DNA of 64,000 nucleotides from Longimicrobiales bacterium (GCA_965198065.1 CBDAON010000004.1:1568001-1632000), one strand, 5' to 3'. Counted from the first letter of the stretch, positions 40,630 through 50,967 are shown. The notes: generated by a model from the sequence alone, not told the origin. Program-made: numbers and translations.

Positions 40630-42044
40630 CCCTTCCCTCCGTTTCGAAGGAAGAAAGGAAGACGGCGGGAGAAATCCACGGGCATTCGCCGGCGAACTTC
40701 CGCGATGAGATCGAGATCGACGGTCTCGTGTCCCTCCCGGCGCGCGAACTCCTCCACCCGGTTCACTACGACTCCACGTACGAAGCTCGGGATCCGGTCG
40801 ATGCGGGCCTCAGCCTCGGCACTCCAGCGGAGCGTGCGCACGGCCTTCGCGCTGTAAGTCACGGCTGGCCGGGGCCGAACGACCGGCCGCCCGCCGGGCG
40901 GATCGTACGCGCAGGACTCGTCCGGGCCGAGGAGGTCGCCTGTTTCCGCGTGCGCGCGCGCCCTGCAGCCCCCGCACACCTCCCGGAACTCACAGCGACC
41001 GCACTTGCCGCCGAGCGTTCCGGCGCGAAGCGAGCGAAAGACGGGAGAGCCATCCCAGATCTCGCGGAAGGACGACTCCCTGAGATCGCCCGCGACGACC
41101 GGCGTATACGGGCACGGCGTCACCTTCCCTTCGGGCGTGATGCGGCAGTAGTGGAGGCCGCAGGGGCAGCGGGTCGCGTAATTCAGGAGCGGTGAGTCGG
41201 GATCGCCCAGGGAGACATGGCGCATCAGCTGTGGTTGGCACTTCGACCGGACCATCATCCGCCCGCGATAATCGGCCTCGAGGGTCATCAGCTCTCGAAG
41301 GACGTCTTCGTTCTCCGCCGCTGAGAGGCCCTCCATCTGCTTCCCCCGGCCCGTAGGCACGAGGAAATACACGTTGAACGAGACGGCTCCACGGTCCGCG
41401 GCCCACGCCGCGAGGCGGACCAACTCGCGCCGGTTTCCGCGGGTGAGGCTCGTCTGGATCACGAAGTCCAGCTCGTGCTCGACGAGGCGATCCACGGCGG
41501 CCAGCGTGTCCGTCAGGGCGCCCTTCCCGTGGCGGAAGCGGTCGTGGTACTCGGGGTCGAGCGAGTCCACGCTCACGGCGACGCCTGTCACTCCGGCTGC
41601 CTTGAGCGACCCGATCCGCGCGGACGTCAGCCGGGTGCCGTTCGTGCCGACCACCACGGTGGCCCCCCGCTCCGCCGCGTGCTCGGCGACCTCCTCCAGA
41701 TCCTCGCGGAGGAGCGGCTCTCCCCCCGACAGGATCAGCATGGGGCTCGGGTTCACCTCGAGGAGCTCGTCCAGGACTCGGTGACACTCGTCCGTCGACA
41801 GCTCGCCGTCCGCCGCGTGCCAGGAACCGGCCGAGATGTAGCAGTGGGCGCACGCGAGGTTACAACGCTTAGTGAGGTTCCACGCCACCACGTGTGGAAG
41901 GAACGTCTCCGCTTCCGAGCCGAGCGAGGCGAAGCGCTCGGCAAGGGCCCGGCGGCCCCACGGAGCCGGCCGGGGCGTCAGGAGGGCGCCGAGCCCCTCA
42001 CCGGAGCCCGCCGGTAGAGAGGTTCGATCGAGGGAAGAGCTCAC
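40626..42044 (-). CDS. Radical SAM/SPASM protein (AhbD/NirJ-like) with C-terminal PCP_red-like domain
   Basis: CNLACAHC, SGGEP, CPCG..VTPC..CGRC..CGGCRARA..C; tail WSAEAEARIDRIPSFVRG..VEEFAR. Confidence 0.85.
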   Translation of the reverse strand: MSSSLDRTSLPAGSGEGLGALLTPRPAPWGRRALAERFASLGSEAETFLPHVVAWNLTKRCNLACAHCYISAGSWHAADGELSTDECHRVLDELLEVNPSPMLILSGGEPLLREDLEEVAEHAAERGATVVVGTNGTRLTSARIGSLKAAGVTGVAVSVDSLDPEYHDRFRHGKGALTDTLAAVDRLVEHELDFVIQTSLTRGNRRELVRLAAWAADRGAVSFNVYFLVPTGRGKQMEGLSAAENEDVLRELMTLEADYRGRMMVRSKCQPQLMRHVSLGDPDSPLLNYATRCPCGLHYCRITPEGKVTPCPYTPVVAGDLRESSFREIWDGSPVFRSLRAGTLGGKCGRCEFREVCGGCRARAHAETGDLLGPDESCAYDPPGGRPVVRPRPAVTYSAKAVRTLRWSAEAEARIDRIPSFVRGVVVNRVEEFARREGHETVDLDLIAEVRRRMPVDFSRRLPFFLRNGGKG

Positions 42045-44071
42045 TCGTCGGCGTCCTCCGCCCCCGACATGAACCGTTCGACCGCGGCACGGGCGTCCTC
42101 CGGGGAGACCATCTTCAGGTCCACCGGGCACTTCTCGACCTGCTTCTCCACGTCCCGGATAGGGCAGCGGGTGATCCCCTGCGCCTTCGCCTCCTCGATG
42201 AACTTTCTCATCTCGGGGGTGAGCCCGTCCACGCCCTCGGCTGCCGCCCTGATCTGCTTGGTCTGGAGCTCACGGAACATCACGAGCATGGTGTCCATAT
42301 CGAACTCGTCGGCCTCGATCATGGCCTGTTTGTTCTCATCCATGATCGGGGTCGTGACCTGCCACACCGCGTGCTCCTTCGCGAAGCGCTCCACCGTGTT
42401 TCGAGCGAGAGGGCGGGCGACGAGCGGGACGGCGCGGAGCCGCTCGAACGCCTCCTCCGTCCAGACGATCGGGTCGTGGGCGTTCCGCTCGCGGGTCTGG
42501 AGGTGTCCCGTGTAGGGGCACGTCACCTCGATCGTGGGAGCTTCCGGTACCGGGTCCGCGTCGCTCCCCTGGACCACCGTGCGCCGCATCGCCTCCTCGG
42601 CCTTCACCTCGGCCAGCGCCAGTTCTTCGGCCGTCCCGATTCCCATGATGAGCTGCATGTGGGTGGGGAGGAGCTTCTGGATCGCTTCGTCAAGCCGCTC
42701 ACCCGTAACGGTCGGAAGCAGATCCATCGCGTGCGCCCCGTTCCCGTCCGAGCGGGCCGTCCGGCCCCCGTAATTCTCGAGGACGAACTCCTCCACCGCT
42801 TTTCGCGCGATGCCCAGCGCAAACGGCGGCACCCTCAGGATCCGGACTTCGGCGTCGGGCGCCCACTCGAGCCCCTTCTCGCCGTCCTCCTCGATCCACG
42901 GGATGTCGTCGGGGCGCACGTCGGTCGTCCCGACCAGCAGAACGTTCGTGGGCGCGAGCCGGCAGAGGTTTTCGGCCTGCGAGCCCATGTCCGTGCCCTC
43001 CACGCGGTGGCCGCCGTGACGGGCGACGATCAGGAGCGAGGGGTCGATCTCCTCAGCCCACTGCAAGATGCACTGGAAGGGCTTTCCGATGAGGATCTGG
43101 GTCTCCAGCTCCACGTCTGGGAACTCGCTCGCCATGATCTCGGCGCGCTTCAGGTTTGCCTGGCAGAGCTTCAGGAGCCCCTTGTCGATTATGTTGTTGT
43201 GGAGCTCCTCCTGCTCCTCGAACTTGAAGACCTTCGCGGCCTGCGCGGAGAGGACGTCCTTGATGTTGCCGAAGACGACGTGGTGATACTCCACGTCGAA
43301 GGCAGAGCAGGCGTACAGCTTTGCGCCGAACTCCCGGGCCAGCTCGAGCGCGACCCGCATCGCCTTGTAGGAATAGGACGACCCGTCCACGCAGATCATC
43401 CAGCGACCCCCCTCGAGCGGGCGGTCATTCCGGACGATCAGCGTGTCCTTCTCGACCCTCCGGATCACGCGCGAGACCACGCCGCCTAGCTGGGAGAAGG
43501 GCTGTCGCCCGATCCCGTGGGCTCCGATGCAGACGAGGTCGTAACGCCGGCCGCTCTCCCCAGCGAGCTTCTCGTCCTGGGATTCGTCCTCCGCCACGAT
43601 GCGGCCGTCCTCGTCGAGCCGGACGTCGCTTCGCACGGTTGAGCCCCCGTCGTACTTGTCCGCGATGTTGGGGTCGAAGCCGATGAGGCTCGGAAGCCGG
43701 CCCGCGCCTCGATCGGCCTCGCGGATGATCTCCTCGAAGTTGATCCCCTCGAGTAGCTGACGGGTGAGGGGAACGCCGGACTCCTGGCAGTACCGCTCGG
43801 TCTGATCCAGGAAAGAGTCCGAGATGAGCTGGAGGCCCTTCTCGATCAGCTTGTCGTGGACCTTTCTCTGCCGCTTGATCTCTTCGGGAGTCTGAAACTG
43901 CGCGGGGAGGCCGGTTTCGAGCTGCCGGAACCGAACGTCGTGGAGACGGGCGGCGTAGACGTGGTTCCCGGTGATACGGCCCTCGGATCTCTTGGTGATC
44001 TCGACGGCTCTCTGTACGGCCCACTGAGAATGGGACGAGTTATCGACCGGAACGAAGATCTCGCGGTACAT
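42041..44071 (-). CDS. Tandem universal stress protein domains plus two PCP_red-like domains
   Basis: MYREIFVPVDNS, IGAHG..GGV, CVDGS, ARHGG..GSQAE; WAPDAEVRILRVPPFALG and WTEEAFERLRAVPLVARP. Confidence 0.8.
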   Translation of the reverse strand: MYREIFVPVDNSSHSQWAVQRAVEITKRSEGRITGNHVYAARLHDVRFRQLETGLPAQFQTPEEIKRQRKVHDKLIEKGLQLISDSFLDQTERYCQESGVPLTRQLLEGINFEEIIREADRGAGRLPSLIGFDPNIADKYDGGSTVRSDVRLDEDGRIVAEDESQDEKLAGESGRRYDLVCIGAHGIGRQPFSQLGGVVSRVIRRVEKDTLIVRNDRPLEGGRWMICVDGSSYSYKAMRVALELAREFGAKLYACSAFDVEYHHVVFGNIKDVLSAQAAKVFKFEEQEELHNNIIDKGLLKLCQANLKRAEIMASEFPDVELETQILIGKPFQCILQWAEEIDPSLLIVARHGGHRVEGTDMGSQAENLCRLAPTNVLLVGTTDVRPDDIPWIEEDGEKGLEWAPDAEVRILRVPPFALGIARKAVEEFVLENYGGRTARSDGNGAHAMDLLPTVTGERLDEAIQKLLPTHMQLIMGIGTAEELALAEVKAEEAMRRTVVQGSDADPVPEAPTIEVTCPYTGHLQTRERNAHDPIVWTEEAFERLRAVPLVARPLARNTVERFAKEHAVWQVTTPIMDENKQAMIEADEFDMDTMLVMFRELQTKQIRAAAEGVDGLTPEMRKFIEEAKAQGITRCPIRDVEKQVEKCPVDLKMVSPEDARAAVERFMSGAEDADE

Positions 44072-44384
44072 TACGAACCTCTGACTCGGAGCCGCAGTTT
44101 CCTTCGTTCCCCCGGTCACACCACCACCAGTGATCCCACTCCGCGGATCGGTCGGGTCTATGGCCCGCACTCGCCACCGGCTCTCCGTCGGGGAGCCAAC
44201 CCACGAGCCCTTCGGGGCCGCGCTCTGGGACGGCTCACTTGTACGAGATTCTCTGCGAAACCGAGACCGATAGCGGGAGGACCCGGTCAGGCACAGTCGG
44301 ACACGGGAGCCGAACCCCGACTGCGCCCGAGGATAGCCCGTCCGTTCGGACGATCCGCGCCCTCCAAGACCGCACCGCGTGGCC

Positions 44385-44413
44385 AGTATATCTGGCCCCT
44401 ATATGGCTGTCAA
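44385..44413 (-). promoter_or_regulatory. Near-consensus sigma70 promoter with palindrome over the -10
   Basis: Minus strand TTGACA-17 bp-TATACT; inverted repeat GGCCAG-TATAT-CTGGCC at 44381-44397. Confidence 0.75.
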
Positions 44414-44450
44414 CTCGCTTTCGTGACGCATCCGTGCGGGGAGTGAAACG

Positions 44451-45170
44451 CTATCGGAGAGCAGCGCTGATCCGTTTGAGGAGGGCGCTCGACAGGGCCG
44501 TCGAAGCCAGGAGAAAGAAGACCAGAACCGCTGCGGCCGGTAGCATGTCCCAGCCCCCCGGGGGTGCAACCCCCTGCGCTCCCGCCAGGAAGACCTCGTG
44601 AAGGGGACGGTAGGGAAGAATCATCTCGATCCGGGCCCCGAGGCTGCCTGGAGCCGGCGTTCGGAAGACTCCGGATCCGTGGAGCAGGAAGAGGGAGAGG
44701 ACCGCGGCGAGAAGGGCGCCCTCGGCCATCGAGGCCGCGAAGGCCGCGACCCAGAGCCCGACGAGGTTTGCGGTGAGGAGGGCGAGGAACAGGGCCGGGA
44801 CGACGGCCGTCCATACCGTGACCCCGGCGCGGCCCGCTCCGAGTACGAGCGCCATGGCCGGGAGGAGCTGGAGGAGATCGAGGGCGGTTCCCGCCATCAT
44901 GCGCTCGACCACGAACCTCGGCTCCGGGAAGCCGCTTAGGATGATTCTCCGAAGTGGTCCACCGTCGGCCTCCCGGAGGAGCGGGATCGTGGAACCGAAC
45001 GTTCCAAAGAGGACGAAGAGCACCGCGTAGGTCGCGGACGCGTGGTACGCCGGCGCGCCCCCGAGCGCGAGCGGCGCGACGAGTAGCACGGGCGTCGCGA
45101 CGTTGAACGCCATGAGGCGCCTGCGCCGGAGCGCGATCCGCCACTCGACCGCGAAGACGTCGAGGCTCAC
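44451..45170 (-). CDS. ABC-2 type exporter permease
   Basis: About six TM segments; coupled to the ABC ATPase gene. Confidence 0.7.
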   Translation of the reverse strand: MSLDVFAVEWRIALRRRRLMAFNVATPVLLVAPLALGGAPAYHASATYAVLFVLFGTFGSTIPLLREADGGPLRRIILSGFPEPRFVVERMMAGTALDLLQLLPAMALVLGAGRAGVTVWTAVVPALFLALLTANLVGLWVAAFAASMAEGALLAAVLSLFLLHGSGVFRTPAPGSLGARIEMILPYRPLHEVFLAGAQGVAPPGGWDMLPAAAVLVFFLLASTALSSALLKRISAALR

Positions 45171-46201
45171 GGCCGTTCCGGAGACGGGAGATCGGCCGAG
45201 AGCTCGAGCGGCTCTCCCGTGACAGCGTGGAACAGGTCGCCCAGCTCGGGCTCGCGAACCCGGACCCGCGTGATCGAGACGCCCTTTGCGAGAAGCCGGG
45301 TAAGGAGCTCGGGGAGCGGAGTGGATCCGCGGGTGCTCTGAACGACGATGGCCTCCCCTCGGCCATCCGACGACACCGCCCGCCGGACCGACTCCGCCCC
45401 CGGCACCGTCTCCAGCTCCCAGGTCGAGCCTGTGCGCTCACGGTCGTGGTCCGGCCGGAGGGTGCCGACGAGCTCGATCTCGATCGTGGTCTTCCCATCG
45501 AGTCGATCGAGGAGCTCGGCGAGCGGGGCGTCGATCGCGATCGATCCCCGATGGAGGAAGAGGATGCGATGAGCCCACCGGGAGGCTGCCCGGGTATCGT
45601 TCGTCGCAATCACGGCGGCGCCTCCGGCGGCTGCGCGCTCGCGGACGGCTTCCTCGAGCGCACGGGTCCCCGCGGGGTCGAGCCCGACCGTGGGTTCGTC
45701 CAGGAGCAGGAGAGGGGGTCGGAAGGCCAGGGTCTCCACGAGAAGGAGCTTCCGCCGCATCCCGAACGAGAGCTCGCTCACGGGCACGTCTCCGACCTCC
45801 TCCAGGCCGAAGGCCGCGAAGAGCTCCGAGACGCAGGCCCCTCCACGGCCATCCCGGCCGCCCCGGAGCCCCGTGAAGAAGCGGACGCTCTCGCGCGCCG
45901 TGAGGTGTGCGAAATGGCGGGGGCTGTCGGGTGCGTACCCAATCCCGGGTCGGAGCCGGCGAACGGACCCGCGGACGCGCTTGCTCAGGAGCGAAAGCGA
46001 GCCCACGGTCGGGCGGAGATCGGTCGCCAGGAGCCTGAGCAGCGTGCTCTTTCCGGAGCCGTTCGGGCCGATGGCCGTCACGATCTCACCCGGACCCACG
46101 GAGAAGCTCACGGGACCGAGACCGGTCCGCCCCGACCGGTACCGGTATCCCATCCCCTCCGCGAGGATCAGAGGTCCCAGCCGGCCCGTGCCAGCATCCA
46201 C
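45167..46201 (-). CDS. ABC transporter ATP-binding protein
   Basis: GPNGSGKST, LSFGMRRK, LLLDEPTVGLDP; start approximate. Confidence 0.88.
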   Translation of the reverse strand: MDAGTGRLGPLILAEGMGYRYRSGRTGLGPVSFSVGPGEIVTAIGPNGSGKSTLLRLLATDLRPTVGSLSLLSKRVRGSVRRLRPGIGYAPDSPRHFAHLTARESVRFFTGLRGGRDGRGGACVSELFAAFGLEEVGDVPVSELSFGMRRKLLLVETLAFRPPLLLLDEPTVGLDPAGTRALEEAVRERAAAGGAAVIATNDTRAASRWAHRILFLHRGSIAIDAPLAELLDRLDGKTTIEIELVGTLRPDHDRERTGSTWELETVPGAESVRRAVSSDGRGEAIVVQSTRGSTPLPELLTRLLAKGVSITRVRVREPELGDLFHAVTGEPLELSADLPSPERP

Positions 46202-46581
46202 AGGTTTCCGACCACGATGACCATCGCGGTGACATAGAAAGAGGACGGAAGCTCCGAGCCGGGGAGTGGGAAGAACGCCCCCTGGATGAGGGCGGGGAGG
46301 CGAAGCCCGTGAAGGGCCCAGATGACCCTCGCCAGCCACGGGTTCTGCCAGCTCCAGAGCCCCCACGTCACGCTGGCGAGGATCGCCGTGCCGAGGAGGA
46401 GCCAGAGCCACACCGGTCCGCGCTCCGCCGGGAGGACTCCAGCCCGAGACATGGCCCAGACCGAGAAGAGATAGAGGAGGCCTACGTGCAGGTAGACCAT
46501 CGCGGCCTGCCGGAACTTCCGGCTCCGTGAGGCGGCCTCGGGGGTCCCCTCGAGCCCGGGCACCGAGGCGTCGGGAGTCAT
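46168..46581 (-). CDS. Four-TM membrane protein
   Basis: KFRQAAMVYLHVGLLY..MLARAGWDL; ATG 46581 coupled to the upstream stop. Confidence 0.7.
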   Translation of the reverse strand: MTPDASVPGLEGTPEAASRSRKFRQAAMVYLHVGLLYLFSVWAMSRAGVLPAERGPVWLWLLLGTAILASVTWGLWSWQNPWLARVIWALHGLRLPALIQGAFFPLPGSELPSSFYVTAMVIVVGNLWMLARAGWDL

Positions 46582-47027
46582 CACATGCCTTCGAGCCCGA
46601 GCTCCGACCTGGCCGTGTCCATGACCTCGGGGGTCAGAACGCGGATGTCCCGCTCCCGCGCGTAATCCGTGTAGATGCGCTTCACCATCCCGCGAACGAA
46701 ACCGGGAACGCGCTGGAGACGCTCGACCGCTTCGGGGCTCCACTCCACGGGTCCCGGCCCACCTCCTGCCTCGGGCGGCTGAAACGCCGACTCGCTTCCC
46801 GCCTCGAGCGTGCTGCGCGTGACCTCGAGCGGTTGAGCGGGCACCTCGCGTCCCCCGATTCTCACTCCCATCGAGCTCACGAGCTGCGTTTCCATGGGGT
46901 TCGTGAGGAGCGCCATCTCGCGCCGACACTTGCCGCACGAGAAGACCGCCGCGAGCGTGCCGTCGCCCGGGATCTGGCGCTCGACGAACTCCATGACCTG
47001 ATCGCACTCGACGCAGAGGAACTTCAT
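46581..47027 (-). CDS. CxxC..CxxC metal ribbon plus PCP_red-like domain protein
   Basis: MKFLCVECD..CGKC; WSPEAVERLQRVPGFVRGMVK..YARE..TPEVMD. Confidence 0.8.
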   Translation of the reverse strand: MKFLCVECDQVMEFVERQIPGDGTLAAVFSCGKCRREMALLTNPMETQLVSSMGVRIGGREVPAQPLEVTRSTLEAGSESAFQPPEAGGGPGPVEWSPEAVERLQRVPGFVRGMVKRIYTDYARERDIRVLTPEVMDTARSELGLEGM

Positions 47028-47968
47028 GGGACCTCTTTCGGCTTCGACGAGCGACCTTCCCCGGACGCGCTCGACGGGCGGCTCGCGCCGGCCTGCTCGA
47101 CGCGCTCTGCAAGCGCGCGGAAGGCTCTGCCCACGGTCCCATCGGGGACCTCGAGGACAATGGGTTGCCCCCGGTCCGTGCTCTCGGCCAGGCGGGGGTC
47201 GAAGGGGATTTGCCCCCACACGGCCACCCCGCTCTCCGAGGAGAGGCGCTCAATCCCGTCACCCCGGAAGATCGGCTCCGATCGACCGCAACCGGGACAG
47301 ACGTACTCGGTCATGTTGGCTACGAGCCCGATCTGGGGCACGCCAGCCTCGCGGATCAGACGGATGGACCGCGAAACGACGGCGCGGGACATCTCCGAGG
47401 GTGTCGAAACCACGAGGACCGTCGGCAGATCGGGCACGAGCTCCAGGAGCCTCCGGATCTTGTCTGTTCCGGGCGGGACGTCCACTAGGAGGAAGTCTGG
47501 GGATCCCCACGCCACGTCGCCGAGAAACTCGCGGAGGGCCGTCGCCTCCATGCTGCTCTGCCAGAGGAAGGTATCGGAGGCGGGCTCCTTCCATCTGAGC
47601 GGTGCGTCCTGGGCATCCTGGAGGAGCTCCATCGAGATGACGCGCACACCTCCGGCTCCGGAGACGGGGACGACCCCCCCCTCGCCGTCCTCTAGGCTTC
47701 GGCCGGTAACCCCGAGCATCCTCGCGAGGGACGGTCCGTTCAGGTCGGCGTCCACCACACCCACATGCTGACCGCGGGCCGCGAGCGTCGCGGCGAGGTT
47801 GGCGGTGACGGCGCTCTTCCCGACTCCCCCCTTCCCGCTTGCGACGGCCAGGACCATACCGACGCCGGACAGGCGCTCTGCGAGCCGAGCTCTTTGTTCC
47901 AGGACTTGCTCCAGGAGCTCGGACCCCGTGCCGTGGTCTACCTCGTGATAGGTTCGGAACTTTCTCAC
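47024..47968 (-). CDS. Mrp/NBP35/ApbC Fe-S carrier P-loop ATPase
   Basis: ASGKGGVGKS, DVPPGT, NM..CPGC, IPFDP. Confidence 0.88.
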   Translation of the reverse strand: MRKFRTYHEVDHGTGSELLEQVLEQRARLAERLSGVGMVLAVASGKGGVGKSAVTANLAATLAARGQHVGVVDADLNGPSLARMLGVTGRSLEDGEGGVVPVSGAGGVRVISMELLQDAQDAPLRWKEPASDTFLWQSSMEATALREFLGDVAWGSPDFLLVDVPPGTDKIRRLLELVPDLPTVLVVSTPSEMSRAVVSRSIRLIREAGVPQIGLVANMTEYVCPGCGRSEPIFRGDGIERLSSESGVAVWGQIPFDPRLAESTDRGQPIVLEVPDGTVGRAFRALAERVEQAGASRPSSASGEGRSSKPKEVP

Positions 47969-48216
47969 GGAACAATCTGTTTCCCGTCGGGGTCATGTAC
48001 TTGGATGGCGTCCACCGGGCAACTTCGGCACGCCGCGACGAGTTCGGCGTGCTCGACGGCAGAAGCCCCTGGGCGCAGCACCGCGATTCCTTCTCCATCG
48101 AGCTCGAAGGCCTCCGGGCTCGCCTTGATGCAATCCCCGAACCCAACGCAAATGAGCCGGTCGATACGAATCGTGAGCTCGCCGATCCGCTTCTGCTCGA
48201 AATGGGCCAAGATCAC
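47965..48216 (-). CDS. Ferredoxin (probably [3Fe-4S])
   Basis: CVGFGDC..CPVDAI; AGGAG RBS. Confidence 0.85.
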   Translation of the reverse strand: MILAHFEQKRIGELTIRIDRLICVGFGDCIKASPEAFELDGEGIAVLRPGASAVEHAELVAACRSCPVDAIQVHDPDGKQIVP

Positions 48217-48306
48217 GTTACTCCTGGCGGAGCGCCCGACATTTGGGCAACTTTTAGGAAGCTGTCGTCTGTTTCCGCCCCACGGCAAGGGGAGGCGTTC
48301 TTGAGC

Positions 48307-49101
48307 ATGTCCGTTTGGGGTCCGGCGCTCGCCCTCGCCCTGGTGGCGTCCGCCGGGCTGGTATGGGCTCCCGGGTCCGCGCACGCCCAGGACGAGGCCG
48401 AGGAGGCCGAGGACCTCTGGGCAATCGAGGCCGAGCTGGGGGGAACCCTGTTCTTCGGGAACAAGGTGCAGTCGCAGTTCACGTCCAAGACTGAGATCGA
48501 AGGTGTCCTTGCGCGGGCCGAGGTGGGCACCGAGATCGAGTTCACCTACGGCGTTGCGGAGGATAAAAAGTCGGGGGAGACGACCGTCAGCCGTCGCAAC
48601 TGGAACGTCGACAACACGCTCGACTTCAGGCCGGAAGCCCTCTGGCGGCCGTTCCTGTCGGGGGCGGTCCAGTCGAATTACCAGAAGAAGATCGCATTCC
48701 GTTACCAGGCGGGCGTGGGGCTCAAGTACGATCGCCAGGAGAACCGGAACAACCGGATCGAGTTTTCAATCGCCGTCCTCGGCGAGAAGACAGACGCACG
48801 CCCGTCGAGCAAGCCGGTCGACGAGGGGAGCCGCGCGCGCTGGTCGTCCACCGCACGCATCCGAAAGACCTTCTTCGAGGACGATCGGCTCGGGATCGAT
48901 CTTAAGGGGGAGTACCAGCCGGTCTTCGACGACGCCGGGAACTACACCTGGGAAGCCGACGCTTCCGTCACGTTCAACCTCACAGAGATCGTCGGGCTGC
49001 GGATGAGCACGAAGCTGGAGTACGATTCACGAGCCGTGGCAAGGGGGGCGAAGACGAACCAGGACGGGAAGTCCCAGATGTCGGTCGTAGTGGAGCTCTG
49101 A
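48307..49101 (+). CDS. DUF481/YdiY-like outer-membrane beta-barrel
   Basis: Signal peptide, amphipathic strands, RYQAGVGLKY, LEYDSR. Confidence 0.65.
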   Translation: MSVWGPALALALVASAGLVWAPGSAHAQDEAEEAEDLWAIEAELGGTLFFGNKVQSQFTSKTEIEGVLARAEVGTEIEFTYGVAEDKKSGETTVSRRNWNVDNTLDFRPEALWRPFLSGAVQSNYQKKIAFRYQAGVGLKYDRQENRNNRIEFSIAVLGEKTDARPSSKPVDEGSRARWSSTARIRKTFFEDDRLGIDLKGEYQPVFDDAGNYTWEADASVTFNLTEIVGLRMSTKLEYDSRAVARGAKTNQDGKSQMSVVVEL

Positions 49102-49130
49102 TCGGCGGCAGCCGTCGCCGAGGTCACCCC

Positions 49131-50420
49131 TCACCCGGCGCGCCGCCGCTTCCCCCTCAGGAAGTCCATCATCACGTACTGCCCCAGCGTGAGCGTGGAG
49201 GCGAAGTACGCCTTTCCCCGACCGATCTGGCTCACCCGCTCGACGAAGCGGACCAGATACGGGTCGCGGGCGAGCATGAAGGTGTTGATCGAGATGCCCG
49301 CCTTCCGGCAGGCAAGCACCTCACGGTAGCTGCGACGCAGGATCGCTGGATCAAGCCCTCCCGAGTTCGTATAGATGCGCCCGTCGGGGAGCGTCATGGC
49401 TGACGGCTTCCCGTCCGTGATCATGACGATCTGTCGCATTTCCTTCTTCTGGGAGAGGAGGGTCCTTCGCGCGAGCTCAAGCCCTTCGGCCGTGTTCGTG
49501 TGGTAGGGCCCGACCTGGGCCTTCGCGAGCCGGGAGAGAGGAATCTCCTGCGCGCGGTCCCCGAACGTGATCACCCGAAGCGAGTCCCCCGGGAACTGGG
49601 TTCGGATCAGGTGGGAGAGCGCTAGCGCGACCCGCTTCGCGGGCGAGAAGCGGTCCTCTCCGTAGAGGATCATCGAGTGCGAGACGTCCAGCAGGAGCAC
49701 CGTGGCGCAGGAGGATCGGTACTCCGCCTGGTGGACCATGAGGTCCCCATAGTCGAGTGCAAGGGGGACGCCGGGTCCCTCCCGTTGGATCGCGCGTTGA
49801 AGCGTGGCGGGGATGTCGAGGTTCATCGTGTCCCCGAACTCATAAGGGCGGCTAGCGGCCCCCGATTCGACGCCGGTCGCAAGCTGGGGCGTGTCGTGCG
49901 CGCCCATGGAGGATTGACCGGTCGCGGCCATCAGTTCCCGGAGCGCCCGGTACCCGAGGAAGTCGAGTCCCTTTCGCGTGAGTGAGAAGTCCACGCCGAG
50001 CGCTGCTCGCCTCGCCTCGTCGATGTTCCCTTCGCCCGCTGGCTGACCTCCCGGGGGGACCAGGCTATCGGCAGAATCCGTGGAGATGTACCCCTCCTCC
50101 ACGAGCCGCTGAACCAGGTCGTCGAGCAGCTCCACGATGCTCGCCCGCAGCGCGTCGTCCCCCTCCCCCTCCCCCCGCAGCTCCTCCAGCATCTCCTGCG
50201 TGAGCTGCCCGCTCTCGAACAGGGCCCGGAGGAGCGCTTGCTTCAGCGCTTCGGTGGACGAGTGGTCCTGGTCTCCGGACCACCCCCAGAACCGGTGGAA
50301 GTGAGGTCCACCCGCGAACCCACCGTCCAGGAGAAAGTCCGAAAGCCGATCGAGCAGCGCCTCGAGGTTCAGAGCGTCGAGGAAGCTGCCCCGGTACTTC
50401 ATATAGGTGGTGAAGCGCAT
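49131..50420 (-). CDS. VWA domain protein
   Basis: [25 protein letters not shown]. Confidence 0.88.
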   Translation of the reverse strand: MRFTTYMKYRGSFLDALNLEALLDRLSDFLLDGGFAGGPHFHRFWGWSGDQDHSSTEALKQALLRALFESGQLTQEMLEELRGEGEGDDALRASIVELLDDLVQRLVEEGYISTDSADSLVPPGGQPAGEGNIDEARRAALGVDFSLTRKGLDFLGYRALRELMAATGQSSMGAHDTPQLATGVESGAASRPYEFGDTMNLDIPATLQRAIQREGPGVPLALDYGDLMVHQAEYRSSCATVLLLDVSHSMILYGEDRFSPAKRVALALSHLIRTQFPGDSLRVITFGDRAQEIPLSRLAKAQVGPYHTNTAEGLELARRTLLSQKKEMRQIVMITDGKPSAMTLPDGRIYTNSGGLDPAILRRSYREVLACRKAGISINTFMLARDPYLVRFVERVSQIGRGKAYFASTLTLGQYVMMDFLRGKRRRAG

Positions 50421-50600
50421 CGCGGGGAGCTCAAGGGAGGAGGCGGAGGGAAGCCGACCTCTGATACCGGAGGTCGAGGGTTCGGTTCCGGGGGGCCGCC
50501 CGTTTTTTCGCCACCGCATCATGCCGCCCCATGCCGGGGTGTAACTGAAAGAAACACAGCAGGGCAGCCAGTCGAGGACTTGGTCGGGGGGAAACCGTAA

Positions 50601-50960
50601 ATGAGAAGCCGGAGCATTGTCGCTCCTTTCGCGGTGGTTCTCGTGATCGGTTGCGGGGACTTGGGGCCTCAGGAATCGGCCCGCATCCGGACCGATTCAC
50701 ATGGTGTATCGCCTTGAGCACTATGTCGAACCAGACGGCCGCCTCGCCCCCGACATCTACCACGTGGTGGTCTCCGTGCCATGGCCGCGCTCGTCTCGGG
50801 CAGCCACGGGAGGGCGCGCGCGACTCGCACCTTCTCACGCGCAGTACCCTTGTCCGGCGCTGGCGCGCGGACGTCTCGGCGGCCAGGCACGCGGTGCGCC
50901 CGCCGAGCCGACGGCCGGCCCTTCCGAGCCACGGTCCCGATTACCGTCTCCGACCGGGGC
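50601..50960 (+). pseudogene. Possible degraded lipoprotein gene
   Basis: ATG 50601 gives MRSRSIVAPFAVVLVIGC (lipobox) then an early stop; a protein-like continuation follows in another frame. Confidence 0.25.
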
Positions 50961-50967
50961 CCGCCTG

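Noticed and set aside
44075..44380. Cobalamin riboswitch in the USP leader
   Set aside because: Only loose fragments (CACTGG..GGGGAA..GAGTCAG) are present; the conserved 5' core is not recognisable.
46581..47027. Photosynthesis (protochlorophyllide reductase) genes
   Set aside because: Only the short PCP_red-like domain is present; no BchN/B/L catalytic subunits.
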